Shown here one piece after another: positions 1 to 9,693 of a DNA stretch of 64,000 nt. The DNA is taken from the IMG/VR virus record IMGVR_UViG_3300045996_001242, positions 13,645 to 77,644 of that record, one strand, 5' to 3'. Made by a program: the position numbers and the translations under genes. Under the pieces are notes generated by a model that did no database searches, had not been told where the DNA came from, and saw only the letters and a list, made by a program, of their open reading frames with translations. The stretch comes from a virus. Each line of letters opens with the position of its first letter. The first letter of the stretch is position 1.

Positions 1-618
1 GGCATCTGGAAGAAGATGTACTCCGGGATGCCGGAGTTCATCGGCAGCAGCAACGCCATCCAGAATGTGAGCGGCGGCACCTGCACCTATGCGGCCGGCA
101 CCACGACGGGTGACCTCCTCATCTGCGTCATCGCCTGCGACGACTCCGAGAACAACAGCGGCCCCGCCGGCTGGACCTTCCTCGGCCGAGACACCGACGT
201 CACGGAAGTCGCCGTGTGGGCGAAGGACTGCGCCGGCGAAACATCGGTGTCGATCCCTGGCTCGACCGGCGGCGGCGGCCCTTCGACCGTGGCCGAGGTC
301 TACACCTTCCGGGGTGCGAACGTCGCCGGCATCACTGGCGTCAATACCGGCACGAACAGCCCCGCTAACACACCGGTCGACAACTGCCTGGTCTTCTGCG
401 TCCGCGGCAACACGCTCAACACCAACTCCGACAACCAGACGAGCTGGGGCACGGGCAACCTCGAGAACCCGGTCGAGGTCGGCGACTACTCCTACAACGA
501 CGGCTGGGACGTCGGCTTTGCTGCGCTGTACGGCGAGATGCAGACCGCCGGAGATCCAGGCTCGGTCACCAACAGCGCCGGCGCCGCCTACCTCAATTTT
601 ACCATCCAACCCCTTTAA
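1..618 (+). CDS. Virion/tail-associated protein, probably 5'-truncated (frame is open from base 1)
   Basis: G/T/N/S-rich beta-type sequence; the frame reads GIWKKMY from position 1; it precedes tail fibre and lysis genes. Confidence 0.5.
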   Translation, partial: GIWKKMYSGMPEFIGSSNAIQNVSGGTCTYAAGTTTGDLLICVIACDDSENNSGPAGWTFLGRDTDVTEVAVWAKDCAGETSVSIPGSTGGGGPSTVAEVYTFRGANVAGITGVNTGTNSPANTPVDNCLVFCVRGNTLNTNSDNQTSWGTGNLENPVEVGDYSYNDGWDVGFAALYGEMQTAGDPGSVTNSAGAAYLNFTIQPL

Positions 619-633
619 TAAGGTCCTGTTATT

Positions 634-1077
634 ATGAGCAAATTTACCGGACAGCTGTCTGTCAATTACCACGACAATATCTACGGCCAACTGGCCATCC
701 TCAACGAGCCCCTGGTCTGGGAGTGCGACGAAAAGGGCAGCGGCCTCACCGTCACGATCCCGGCCGGCTATGTCAGCGATGGCGCCACCGTGCCCCGGAT
801 CTTCTGGTGGTTTATGCCCCCGTGGGGTCACCGCGGCACCCGGGCGGCGCTCGTCCACGATTACCTCCTCGAGATGCTGGTCGATAAGCGCACCCCGGTA
901 GCCGGCATCGACACTCGCTCGAAATGCGACTGGCAGTTCTTCCTGGCTCTCAAGGCGCTCGGCGTTCCGGACTGGCGGGCTCGCCTCACTTTCTGGGGCG
1001 TCACAGCCTTCACGGCGCTGTGGTCGGTCTCGAGGCAGCTCTCTTCCTGGTTCCCTGCCATCCCAGCGTTGCGATAA
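634..1077 (+). CDS. DUF1353-like phage protein
   Basis: IPAGYVSDGATVPR...AALVHDYL...CDWQF motif pattern typical of DUF1353. Confidence 0.7.
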   Translation: MSKFTGQLSVNYHDNIYGQLAILNEPLVWECDEKGSGLTVTIPAGYVSDGATVPRIFWWFMPPWGHRGTRAALVHDYLLEMLVDKRTPVAGIDTRSKCDWQFFLALKALGVPDWRARLTFWGVTAFTALWSVSRQLSSWFPAIPALR

Positions 1078-1149
1078 TCTACAAAATCCGGTTGGTAATC
1101 CCAGCCGGATTTTGGTATGGATATTTCAGAAAATACGAGGTGACTCTTC

Positions 1150-1422
1150 ATGACCACGACTGTCCGCGTCTCCAACATCGATAGCGAAGGCTGGACCGAG
1201 CTTGCAGACGGCTCGGCCAATGTGACCGTCGACCATGATCGCGAGCTCTCATCTGATGTCCTCATCTGGATCGGTGCGGCTGATCCTACGGCGGCCGTCA
1301 ATGACGGGTTCCGCCTCACCAGCAAGCGGCCTACGTTCGCGATCGCTGGCCTGGAGGCCGGCGACAAGGTCTTCGCCCGTTCGACGGATGCGGAGCTCTC
1401 AGTCCTCGTCGCCAAGAGCTGA
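1150..1422 (+). CDS. Hypothetical small virion-associated protein
   Basis: GAGGTG RBS, phage-like codon usage, precedes tail fibre-like gene. Confidence 0.55.
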   Translation: MTTTVRVSNIDSEGWTELADGSANVTVDHDRELSSDVLIWIGAADPTAAVNDGFRLTSKRPTFAIAGLEAGDKVFARSTDAELSVLVAKS

Positions 1423-1431
1423 TCCCGCCAA

Positions 1432-2556
1432 ATGTCCGAGCTGCTGTGCTTCGGCCCTGTATCGACAATCGGGCAGGGCCTCGCCTTTGGCCCCGACCCA
1501 GCCGCTGGGGGCCCGGCTGGGCCCGCACAGTTCGGTACTGGCGATTGGTCTGTATCTGACCTCAACACGGTCGACGGCGCCCGTATCACGATCTCCGCGC
1601 TGCCTGACGACGGCGGCTCGGCGATCACCGACCTCGAGTACCAGGTCGACGGTGGCGCATGGATCTCGCTGGCCGGCACCACCGCCGACGCCTACGACGT
1701 CGCCGATCTCGCCTTCAACACAGCGCAGGCGATCGCGATCCGGGCAATCAACGCCTTGGGCAATGGCACGGCCAGCGCCACCAAGAGCGTGACGCCCACT
1801 GGCTCGGCTGACACCGATGCCCTCAATGCCCGCTTCACGACGCCGATGACGACGCCCAGGGCCAAGCTCTACCAGGCGCTCTATGCGTCACTCCGTAACG
1901 GCGCCACGAGCGGCACCGACATCCTCTCCAAGATGGACTATTTCTACGTCCTCGGCGCAGCTAATGCCCAGGCGGCGCAGCGAAATCTCGTCCAGGACGC
2001 CTACAATCTCTCGCCGGTCAATTCCCCGACCTTCACGGCTGACCGCGGCTACCAGGGCGACGGCTCGACGAGTTATCTGAATACGGGATTTGACTGCACG
2101 TCAGCTGTCGGCCGCAAGATTGCGCAGGACGATGCCCATAGGGGGCTTTGGCTCCGGACCGACCTGGCCAATGGCGCTGGTGTGAGTTTCGACTTTGGTG
2201 CGCCATCGAACAGCTATATCGGGCGCAACAACACCGCTGCAGGGCGGATGGTCACCCGCGCCAACTCGGCCACCGCGGTCAGCGTTGACAGCGTGTTCCC
2301 TGGTTATGGCGCATGGACCCGCGGCTCCTCGACCGTCATTCGGCGTTACGATGACGGCGCCCCGGCCAGTGGAAATCCGCTGTCGAATACCAGCGCGGCA
2401 CTCTCGGCGGGGACCGATCGCATCCTCGCAATGAACGCCTCCTCGTTCGGTGCCAACCAAGTCCTGTTCGCCCATGCGGGCTCGACGCTCACCGATGCGG
2501 AGATCCTCGACCTCTACAACGCCCTCAACACCTTCAAGACTGCAATCGGAGCCTAA
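1432..2556 (+). CDS. Tail fibre/receptor-binding-like protein with N-terminal FN3-like domain
   Basis: DDGGSAITDLEYQVDGGAW...IRAINALGNG is FN3-like; C-terminal beta-rich domain. Confidence 0.6.
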   Translation: MSELLCFGPVSTIGQGLAFGPDPAAGGPAGPAQFGTGDWSVSDLNTVDGARITISALPDDGGSAITDLEYQVDGGAWISLAGTTADAYDVADLAFNTAQAIAIRAINALGNGTASATKSVTPTGSADTDALNARFTTPMTTPRAKLYQALYASLRNGATSGTDILSKMDYFYVLGAANAQAAQRNLVQDAYNLSPVNSPTFTADRGYQGDGSTSYLNTGFDCTSAVGRKIAQDDAHRGLWLRTDLANGAGVSFDFGAPSNSYIGRNNTAAGRMVTRANSATAVSVDSVFPGYGAWTRGSSTVIRRYDDGAPASGNPLSNTSAALSAGTDRILAMNASSFGANQVLFAHAGSTLTDAEILDLYNALNTFKTAIGA

Positions 2557-2560
2557 GCAC

Positions 2561-2875
2561 ATGGCCACTCAGAACTATTTCATCCTCACCTCTGCCCAGC
2601 GCACCGCGGCAATGGCCTTCAATGACCCGTCTGCGAGCATCGACCCGCGCGCTATTGATAGCGCCACTCCTGGCTCGGGCATCAACCTCAACGAGAACGC
2701 TGACGGCTTTGCCGCCGGCGCCGCGGTGACTCTGACGGACAAGTTCGTCGCCCCGGTCCGCATCATGAACGACCCCGCCTACCTCAGTGAGGTGCCGGAC
2801 ATGATCGCCTACCTGCTCGACCTGCCGTGGTGTCTCCTGGAAGACGAGACGATCTTCCTGCCCTCCCAGGCCTAG
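2561..2875 (+). CDS. Hypothetical protein (possible tail fibre partner)
   Basis: ATG 5 nt after the upstream stop (MATQNYF...); the ORF-track start at 2450 overlaps the previous gene. Confidence 0.6.
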   Translation: MATQNYFILTSAQRTAAMAFNDPSASIDPRAIDSATPGSGINLNENADGFAAGAAVTLTDKFVAPVRIMNDPAYLSEVPDMIAYLLDLPWCLLEDETIFLPSQA

Positions 2876-2963
2876 CATATTCACTGATAATCCCTGTGGT
2901 AATGCCCGCAGGATTTTGTTAGGTTGGTTCCAGAAAATTCCCAAAGTGATTTTGGAACCATTT

Positions 2964-3755
2964 ATGGAAAACTCGATTCCGGCCGGAGCGATGGTTTTGC
3001 TCCGGTTCATCGCCGAGACCGAAACCGGCCGTGAGCCCCCCGAGTGCTACGAGGTCGTCTTCGGGCACAACCAGCGCAAGATGAAGAAGCCGCTGACCCA
3101 GATGACGCTCGACGAGGTCGAGGCGGATGGGCCGCGTCGTACCAAGGCCTATGGCTCCTCGGCCGCCGGCGCCTACCAGTTCATGCGTGACACGCTCGAC
3201 AAGCCCGGCACCCTCCAGGATCTCGAGGGCGAGCTCAAGCTCACCGGCAAGGAGATCTTCAACAGCGAGCTCCAGGATCTGCTGGGCTACCACCTGCTCA
3301 AGCGTCGCGGCTATATCGACTTCGTGCGCGGCAAGATCGGCAGGGTGGCCTTCGCCAAGCGGCTGGCCCAGGAATGGGCCTCATTCCCCGTGCTCACCGC
3401 GACCAAAGGCGCCCATCGCCAGCTGACCCGCGGCCAGAGCTACTATGCCGGCGACGGCCTCAACAAGGCGCTGATCAGCCCCGAGAAGGTCGAGAAGATC
3501 CTCAACCAGGTCCTCGCGGTGCATAGCCACGCCGAGCCTGCCCCCATACCGGCTCCGCGGCCGGCACCCGCCCCAGCTCCTCAGCCTGTGCCTGAACCCG
3601 CGGTAGCCGGCCCTCAATCCCAGGCCACCCCCGAGAAGACGGCCGACGTCAGAGATCCGCTCGTCGGCATCCTGCTGCTCGCCATCGCCGCCATGTCCGG
3701 AGTCTTCGCCTGGCTCGCCCTACTCCCCTGCAATCTCTTCAAGCTCTGGTGCTAA
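2964..3755 (+). CDS. Endolysin (lambda-lysozyme-like muramidase) with Pro-rich linker and C-terminal transmembrane segment
   Basis: Catalytic-type ETE, SAAGAYQFM and LAQEWASFP motifs; PAP-repeat linker; hydrophobic C-terminus. Confidence 0.8.
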   Translation: MENSIPAGAMVLLRFIAETETGREPPECYEVVFGHNQRKMKKPLTQMTLDEVEADGPRRTKAYGSSAAGAYQFMRDTLDKPGTLQDLEGELKLTGKEIFNSELQDLLGYHLLKRRGYIDFVRGKIGRVAFAKRLAQEWASFPVLTATKGAHRQLTRGQSYYAGDGLNKALISPEKVEKILNQVLAVHSHAEPAPIPAPRPAPAPAPQPVPEPAVAGPQSQATPEKTADVRDPLVGILLLAIAAMSGVFAWLALLPCNLFKLWC

Positions 3756-3759
3756 GCTC

Positions 3760-3975
3760 ATGTGGAAAAAGATCAAATCCTTGTTCAAGAACAGCGAGAC
3801 CATCTTCCTCGCCCGCATCCAGGTCCTGGCCGGCACTGTCGTCCAGGTCGTCGCTACGACTGAGCCGCAGATCCTCGCCGGCCTCATCGGTGCCCAGTAC
3901 CTGCCTTGGGTCCTGATCGGCCATGGCGTCCTGCTCGAATACCTGCGCCGGCGTGGCGCCACCGACCTGAAGTAA
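3760..3975 (+). CDS. Holin-like small membrane protein
   Basis: 71 aa, two hydrophobic segments, basic C-terminus, directly after the endolysin. Confidence 0.6.
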   Translation: MWKKIKSLFKNSETIFLARIQVLAGTVVQVVATTEPQILAGLIGAQYLPWVLIGHGVLLEYLRRRGATDLK

Positions 3976-4102
3976 CGCAAGGGGGCCAGCGCCCCCTTCA
4001 GCGTATCCACCCGCAGCGGCGCTCAAATTTCCGCAGCCGCTGTTTTCAAATAATCAACAAGCTATTATCTCGATAATCGCTCAGAAGCGGAACTGAGATC
4101 CC

Positions 4103-4453
4103 ATGACCGGAAACATCACCTGGGAGATGCTCCTCGGCCTATTCGCCATCGCCAGCTTCGTTGGCGGTGTCTGGTGGCGCGTGGAAGGCAAGATCAAGGC
4201 GGCCGAAGACGCCGCAAGCCAGCGCGCGGCAGCTGCGCAGATCAAGGCGGACCAGATCGCCGTCGACCTGGCCAAATACCAGCTCCACGTCGTCGAGACC
4301 TACGCCAGCAGGGAAGGCGTCAACCGCCAGTTCGAGCAGGTATCGACGACCATCAAAGAGGTCGGCGATCGCATGGATAAGCGGCTCGACGGCGTCCATG
4401 AGCGGCTCGATCGCTTCCTGGATCCCAGCAAGCTGGGCGGGGGCGCTCGCTGA
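4103..4453 (+). CDS. Membrane-anchored coiled-coil protein (lysis-associated?)
   Basis: N-terminal TM helix followed by a heptad-rich region. Confidence 0.55.
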   Translation: MTGNITWEMLLGLFAIASFVGGVWWRVEGKIKAAEDAASQRAAAAQIKADQIAVDLAKYQLHVVETYASREGVNRQFEQVSTTIKEVGDRMDKRLDGVHERLDRFLDPSKLGGGAR

Positions 4454-5709
4454 TGACCCAGCCCAACGTCCACTCCAAGGCAGTCTACTCCCAGATCTGG
4501 GAGCTCTCGCGCACCGTCCTCAAGATTGACGGCAAGCCGAACTGCAGCCGCATTGGGCAGATGGTCGGTGTCTCCAAGGATACCGTTGCCCGCACGCTGC
4601 TGAAGCCCGAGCTCGATTTTCGCAACCCGGGCACCTACGACAGCGAGGTCCTCGAGGCGGCGGCTGCCGGCGGCATCGAAGATCCGCGCAACCTCAGCCA
4701 CTTCTGGAAGATCATCAAGGACGAGGACGGCAACGGCTATTCGCTCTTCGTCAAGAACCCCAAGACCGGCCGGGACGTCTCGATCTATGACCTGGTTCGG
4801 GAGTCGGTGCTCGAGGCGCCAGTGCGCCCGATCGCGCTCCCCAAGCGAGAAGCGGCGACAGGCGACCACCTCCTGGTCATCGACCTCGCCGACGTCCACT
4901 TCCTCAAGCTCTGCGTCAAGGCCGAGACCGGCCACGAGTACAATCGGGAGGTGGCCCGGCATCGAGTGATCGAGGGCACCAAGGCTCTCCTGCGCCTGGC
5001 CAAGCCCATGGGCATCGGCCGCATCCTCTTCGTCCTCGGCAACGACATCCTCCACGTCGACAACCCTCGTGCGACGACGACGTCGGGCACCTTCCAGGAC
5101 ACCGATGGCACGATCTTCCAGGGCTTCAAGGATGCCGCTGATGCGATCGAGATCGCCATCAACGAATGCACCAAGGTGGCTGACGTCGACCTGGTTCACT
5201 GCATGTCGAACCACGACTGGCTCATGGGCTGGGCGCTTTCCCAGGCCGTCGCCGGCCGGCTCCGCGGCAACGATCGTGTCCGGGCCAGCGAGTACAACCT
5301 CTCGGAAGCGCACCGCAAATACTACCGCTTCGGCGGCAACCTCTTCGGGCTCACGCATGGCGATGGAGCCAAGGAAGAGAAGCTCTACGGCCTCATGGTC
5401 AAGGAAGCCCGCGAGCACATCTCCGAGTGCCTCAACCTCTACTGGTTCCTCCACCACGTCCACCACAAGGACCGCAAGACCCGGGGCGAGTTCGCCTACC
5501 TGCGCGAGAAGGACCACAACGGCATGACCGCCCATATCGGCGGCAGCCTCAAGGTCGAGGGCGCGCATCTCAACATCGAATACGTCCGCTCTCCGTCAGC
5601 TCCTGACGGCTGGCACGATCGCAATGGCTACGTGAACCGGCAGGGGGTCGAGTGCTTCGTCTACCACCCCGAGCTCGGCCAGCGGGCCCGCTTCACTGAA
5701 TGGTTCTGA
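4453..5709 (+). CDS. Calcineurin-like metallophosphoesterase with N-terminal HTH-like segment
   Basis: Motifs LADVH, LGND, SNHD, THGD, HHVHH; N-terminal CSRIGQMVGVSKDTVARTL is HTH-like. Confidence 0.75.
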   Translation: MTQPNVHSKAVYSQIWELSRTVLKIDGKPNCSRIGQMVGVSKDTVARTLLKPELDFRNPGTYDSEVLEAAAAGGIEDPRNLSHFWKIIKDEDGNGYSLFVKNPKTGRDVSIYDLVRESVLEAPVRPIALPKREAATGDHLLVIDLADVHFLKLCVKAETGHEYNREVARHRVIEGTKALLRLAKPMGIGRILFVLGNDILHVDNPRATTTSGTFQDTDGTIFQGFKDAADAIEIAINECTKVADVDLVHCMSNHDWLMGWALSQAVAGRLRGNDRVRASEYNLSEAHRKYYRFGGNLFGLTHGDGAKEEKLYGLMVKEAREHISECLNLYWFLHHVHHKDRKTRGEFAYLREKDHNGMTAHIGGSLKVEGAHLNIEYVRSPSAPDGWHDRNGYVNRQGVECFVYHPELGQRARFTEWF

Positions 5710-5720
5710 GGACCGCGGCC

Positions 5721-7913
5721 ATGACCACCGAGACCACCTTTAATTCCGACCAGCCGATCAACGGGGCCCAGGCACCCAAGCTGACGGACTGGGCGAACGA
5801 GCCGACGGCCATGCGGCTGCAGGAGGACCTCGAGGCCTCCCGTCCGGCGCATGATACGTTCGTCCAGAAGGTCAAGCACTGGAACGAGCTCAACACCGTC
5901 ACCGGTGCGGCCAAGCCCAAGAAGGTCAAGGGGCGCTCCGAGATCCAGCCCAAGCTGATCCGTCGCCAGGCGGAGTGGCGCTACTCGGCGTTGAGCGAGC
6001 CGTTCAACTCGTCCGAGAAGCTCTTCGACGTCAAGCCGGTGACCTTCGAGGATACCAAGTCTGCCCGGCAGAACGAGCTCGTCCTCAACTGGCAGTTCCG
6101 CAGCAAGATCAACCGCGTCCACTTCCTCGACAACTACGTGCGCGCCTGCGTCGACGAGGGCACCGCCGTCGTCCGCACCGGCTGGAGCCGTCTCACCAAG
6201 GAAGTCGAGGAAGACGCCCCCACCTGGGAATACCGCCGTCCGAACACGGCCGAGGAGATCGAGGCGCTCGAGATGGCCGAGCAGCTTCGCCAGACCAATC
6301 CCAACGAGTATGCCAAGCTCGATCCGGCGCTCGTTGCTGCCTGCCAGTTCTTCCAGGAAACCGGCGAAGCCAACGTCGCCGTCCAGATCGGCACCGAGAA
6401 GGTCAAGGTCAAGAAGGTCATCGAGAACCGTCCGACCGTCGACCTCATCAACCTCGAGAACCTCTACTTCGACCCGAGCTGTGGCGGCGACATCGAGAAG
6501 GCCGGCTTCGTCGTCTTCTCCTTCGAGACCTCGCAGGCCGAGCTCCGCAAGCAGCCCAAGCGCTACAAGAACCTCAAGTACGTGGATTGGGAGGGCGCTT
6601 CGGCGATCCTCGAGCCCAACCATGCGCCGCAGTCGACTGACATCAACTTCAATTACAAGGATCCGCTCCGCAAGCGCGTCGTCGCCTTCGAGTATTGGGG
6701 CAACTACGACATCCACGGCAACGGCGAGCTCGTGCCGATCGTCGCCACCTGGATCGGTAGCGTTCTCATCCGTCTCGAGGAGAACCCGTTCCCGGACAAG
6801 GCCCATCCTTTCATCCTGGTTCCTTACATGCCGGTCAAGCGCCAGGCCCTGGGCGAGCCGGATGCTGAGCTGCTCGAGGACAACCAGAAGGTCCTCGGCG
6901 CCGTCACTCGTGGCATGATCGATCTCCTGGGTCGTTCGGCCAACGGCCAGCAGGGCTTTGCCAAGGGCATGCTCGACGTCCTCAACAAGCGCCGCTTCGA
7001 GTCGGGCCAGGACTACGAGTTCAATCCGAACCTGCCGCCGCAGCAGGGCCACATGGAGCACAAGTATCCCGAGATCCCGCAGTCGGCGATCGTGGTGATG
7101 CAGATGCAGAACCAGGAAGCCGAAGCCCTCACGGGTGTGAAGGCGTTCTCCGGCGGACTTTCGGGTGAGGCATTCGGCGACGTCGCCGCCGGCATCAAGG
7201 GCATCCTCGATGCGGCGTCCAAGCGCGAGATGGCGATCCTACGCCGGCTCGCCGCTGGCCTGGTGGCGATCGGCAAGAAGTTCATCGCCATGAACGCCGA
7301 GTTCCTCTCCGAGGAAGAGATCATCCGGGTCACCAACGAGGAGTTCGTCACTGTCCGCCGTGACGAGCTGCCGAGCGTTGCCGGCAGCTTCGACATGAAG
7401 GTCGACATCTCGACGGCCGAGATCGACTCCAACAAGTCCCAGGATCTGGCGTTCATGCTCCAGACCGTGGGTCCGAACCTGGGCTTCGAATTCGTCCAGA
7501 TGATCCTCATCGAGATCGCCAGGCTCAAGCGCATGCCCGAGCTCGAGAAGATGATCCGCGATTACAAGCCGCAGCCCGATCCGCTCGAGCAGCGCCTCAA
7601 AGAGGCCGAGATCAAGAAGGCCGAAAAGGAAGTCGAGAAGCTCCAGTCGGAGATCAATCTCAACAACGCCAAGGCCCAGAGGGAAATGGTCGGTGCCGAG
7701 CAGGATGCGCTCGATGCCCTCGAGCAGGAGACCGGCACCAAGCATGCCCGCGAGATGCAGAAACAGGTCGCCCAGTCGGAAGGCAACCAGAGCCTTGAGA
7801 TCACCAAGGCCCTCCTGAAGCCGATCAAGCCGGAAGAGAGCAAGCCCAACGTCGAGGCCGCGGTCGGCTTCAACGAGCTGAGCAAGCTGGGTCGGGACCC
7901 ATTAAGGAACTGA
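5721..7913 (+). CDS. Portal protein (N4 gp59-like)
   Basis: KLTDWANEP...GRSEIQPKLIRRQAEWRYSALSEPF signature of N4-like portals; synteny. Confidence 0.9.
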   Translation: MTTETTFNSDQPINGAQAPKLTDWANEPTAMRLQEDLEASRPAHDTFVQKVKHWNELNTVTGAAKPKKVKGRSEIQPKLIRRQAEWRYSALSEPFNSSEKLFDVKPVTFEDTKSARQNELVLNWQFRSKINRVHFLDNYVRACVDEGTAVVRTGWSRLTKEVEEDAPTWEYRRPNTAEEIEALEMAEQLRQTNPNEYAKLDPALVAACQFFQETGEANVAVQIGTEKVKVKKVIENRPTVDLINLENLYFDPSCGGDIEKAGFVVFSFETSQAELRKQPKRYKNLKYVDWEGASAILEPNHAPQSTDINFNYKDPLRKRVVAFEYWGNYDIHGNGELVPIVATWIGSVLIRLEENPFPDKAHPFILVPYMPVKRQALGEPDAELLEDNQKVLGAVTRGMIDLLGRSANGQQGFAKGMLDVLNKRRFESGQDYEFNPNLPPQQGHMEHKYPEIPQSAIVVMQMQNQEAEALTGVKAFSGGLSGEAFGDVAAGIKGILDAASKREMAILRRLAAGLVAIGKKFIAMNAEFLSEEEIIRVTNEEFVTVRRDELPSVAGSFDMKVDISTAEIDSNKSQDLAFMLQTVGPNLGFEFVQMILIEIARLKRMPELEKMIRDYKPQPDPLEQRLKEAEIKKAEKEVEKLQSEINLNNAKAQREMVGAEQDALDALEQETGTKHAREMQKQVAQSEGNQSLEITKALLKPIKPEESKPNVEAAVGFNELSKLGRDPLRN

Positions 7914-8009
7914 TTTTCGAGATAATCGAGGAAAATGGTTGACCTGCTATTATTGGAAAGGGTAAACGGATAATCGCCACAAACCCCAACCCAATAATAG
8001 GATTTGATA

Positions 8010-8360
8010 ATGTCGGATATCCAAGACCTGGAACAGCACATCAAGGACGCTGAGTTTCTCATCGAGCGTCGGAAGATGGCCATCAGGCTTTCCGAGAACC
8101 ACGATTTTCGCGTTCTCTTCCACGAGGGCTATTTCAAGGAAGACGCTGCTCGCCTGGTCCAGCTGGCCGGAGACCCGGCCTGCGACCCCCAGCAGCGGGC
8201 TGACGCTCTCGAGATGGCCAAGGCCACCGGCCACGCCAAGCGCTACCTCTCGATGGCGATCCAGATGGGCTTCCACGCCGAGCGTGAGCTCCCCGAGATG
8301 CACTCGACGCTCGCCGAGCTCCGTGCCGCCGAAGACGCCGGCGACGATAACGAGGAGTGA
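8010..8360 (+). CDS. N4 gp58-like conserved protein
   Basis: Lies between portal and scaffold; EGYFKEDAARLV motif. Confidence 0.65.
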   Translation: MSDIQDLEQHIKDAEFLIERRKMAIRLSENHDFRVLFHEGYFKEDAARLVQLAGDPACDPQQRADALEMAKATGHAKRYLSMAIQMGFHAERELPEMHSTLAELRAAEDAGDDNEE

Positions 8361-8365
8361 GAGCC

Positions 8366-9655
8366 ATGACCACCGAAGCCACGGAAACCAAAGACTACCT
8401 CGGGATGTCCGACGCCGACTTCCTGAACCTCAACGCGCCGGCCGAAGCGACGCCGGCTCCGGCTTCGGACGACAACAAGACCCAGGAGGCAGCTCCTGGG
8501 TCCGTTGCCGCCGAGGAACAGACCCAGAACGCCGAGCAGACCGCCGATGATGCTGCTGCCGAGACTGATGAGCAGAAGGCCGCCCGTGAAGCCGAAGAGG
8601 CCGCAAAAGCTGCCGCTCCTCCCGCTGATGCCGACCCCGCTGCTGAAAAGCCCGCTGGGGATCCTGCTCCTGGTTCCGCTGACGCAGCTGCTGCCGATCC
8701 GGCAAAAGTCGAAGCGGACAAGGCGGCGGCAGACGCTAAGGCAGACCCGAAAGCTGCGCCAGCGGCTGACGCCACCAAGAAGGACGAGCCCAAGGCGGAC
8801 GCAAAGCCGGTAGACCTCGAGGCCTTCTACAAGCAGGTCATGGCGCCGTTCAAAGCCAACGGCCGCACGATCGAGATCAAGTCGCCCGAGGAGGTCATCC
8901 GCCTCATGCAGATGGGCGCGGGGTTCGGCCGCAAGCTCCAGAGCCTGCAGCCGGCGCTCAAGACGCTGAAGATGCTCGAGAAAGCCGACCTGCTCGACGA
9001 GGGCAAGCTGTCGTTCCTCATCGACATTAACAACAAAAATCCCGACGCGATTAAGAAATTAATCAAGGATTCGGGTATCGACCCTCTTGACTTGAATATC
9101 GGAGATAATGCATCTTACACCCCGAAGAGCCACGCTGTCAGTGACAAGGAGATGGCGTTTCACTCCGCCCTGGAGGACGTGCAGTCCCTCCCAGGGGGTA
9201 ATGAGACGGTCCGAATTGTCAACCAGACGTGGGACAAGGAGAGCAAGGCTGCTCTCTGGGAATCGCCCGAGCTCCTCGGCGTCATCCAATCCCAGCGCGA
9301 GAATGGTATCTACGACCAGATCGCTGCTGAGATCGACCGCCAGAGACTTCTAGGCCAGATCCCCGCGAATACACCGTTCCTCAAAGCTTACAAGCTCGCC
9401 GGGGATCACTTGCAGGCCACCAATGGCTTCAAGCTCCCACAGGCGCAGGCGCCGATCGACAAGTCGGGGGATACCCCGCAGCCCCAAGTGATCGCGACTC
9501 GCACGGCAGCCCCGAAGCCCCAGGTGCAGAACGGTGAGAAGGCTGAAGCAGCAGCGTCGACGAAAGTCACGCCGAAGCGGGCAGCCAGTGCGCCCATCAA
9601 TCCGCTGCAGATGGCGGACGATGAGTTCCTGAAGCAATTCGAGGGTCGCCTCTAA
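8366..9655 (+). CDS. N4 gp57-like scaffold/head assembly protein
   Basis: Acidic Ala/Pro-rich N-terminus; APFKANGRTIEIKSPEEVIRLMQMG; immediately upstream of MCP. Confidence 0.75.
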   Translation: MTTEATETKDYLGMSDADFLNLNAPAEATPAPASDDNKTQEAAPGSVAAEEQTQNAEQTADDAAAETDEQKAAREAEEAAKAAAPPADADPAAEKPAGDPAPGSADAAAADPAKVEADKAAADAKADPKAAPAADATKKDEPKADAKPVDLEAFYKQVMAPFKANGRTIEIKSPEEVIRLMQMGAGFGRKLQSLQPALKTLKMLEKADLLDEGKLSFLIDINNKNPDAIKKLIKDSGIDPLDLNIGDNASYTPKSHAVSDKEMAFHSALEDVQSLPGGNETVRIVNQTWDKESKAALWESPELLGVIQSQRENGIYDQIAAEIDRQRLLGQIPANTPFLKAYKLAGDHLQATNGFKLPQAQAPIDKSGDTPQPQVIATRTAAPKPQVQNGEKAEAAASTKVTPKRAASAPINPLQMADDEFLKQFEGRL

Positions 9656-9693
9656 ACCCCTAGCTGGGTCGGCGCCCAAAAGGTTTTTCCAAA

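Noticed and set aside
8440-8810. Low-complexity GCC/GCT repeats as a DNA repeat element
   Set aside because: Explained by the Ala/Pro/Asp-rich disordered linker of the scaffold protein.
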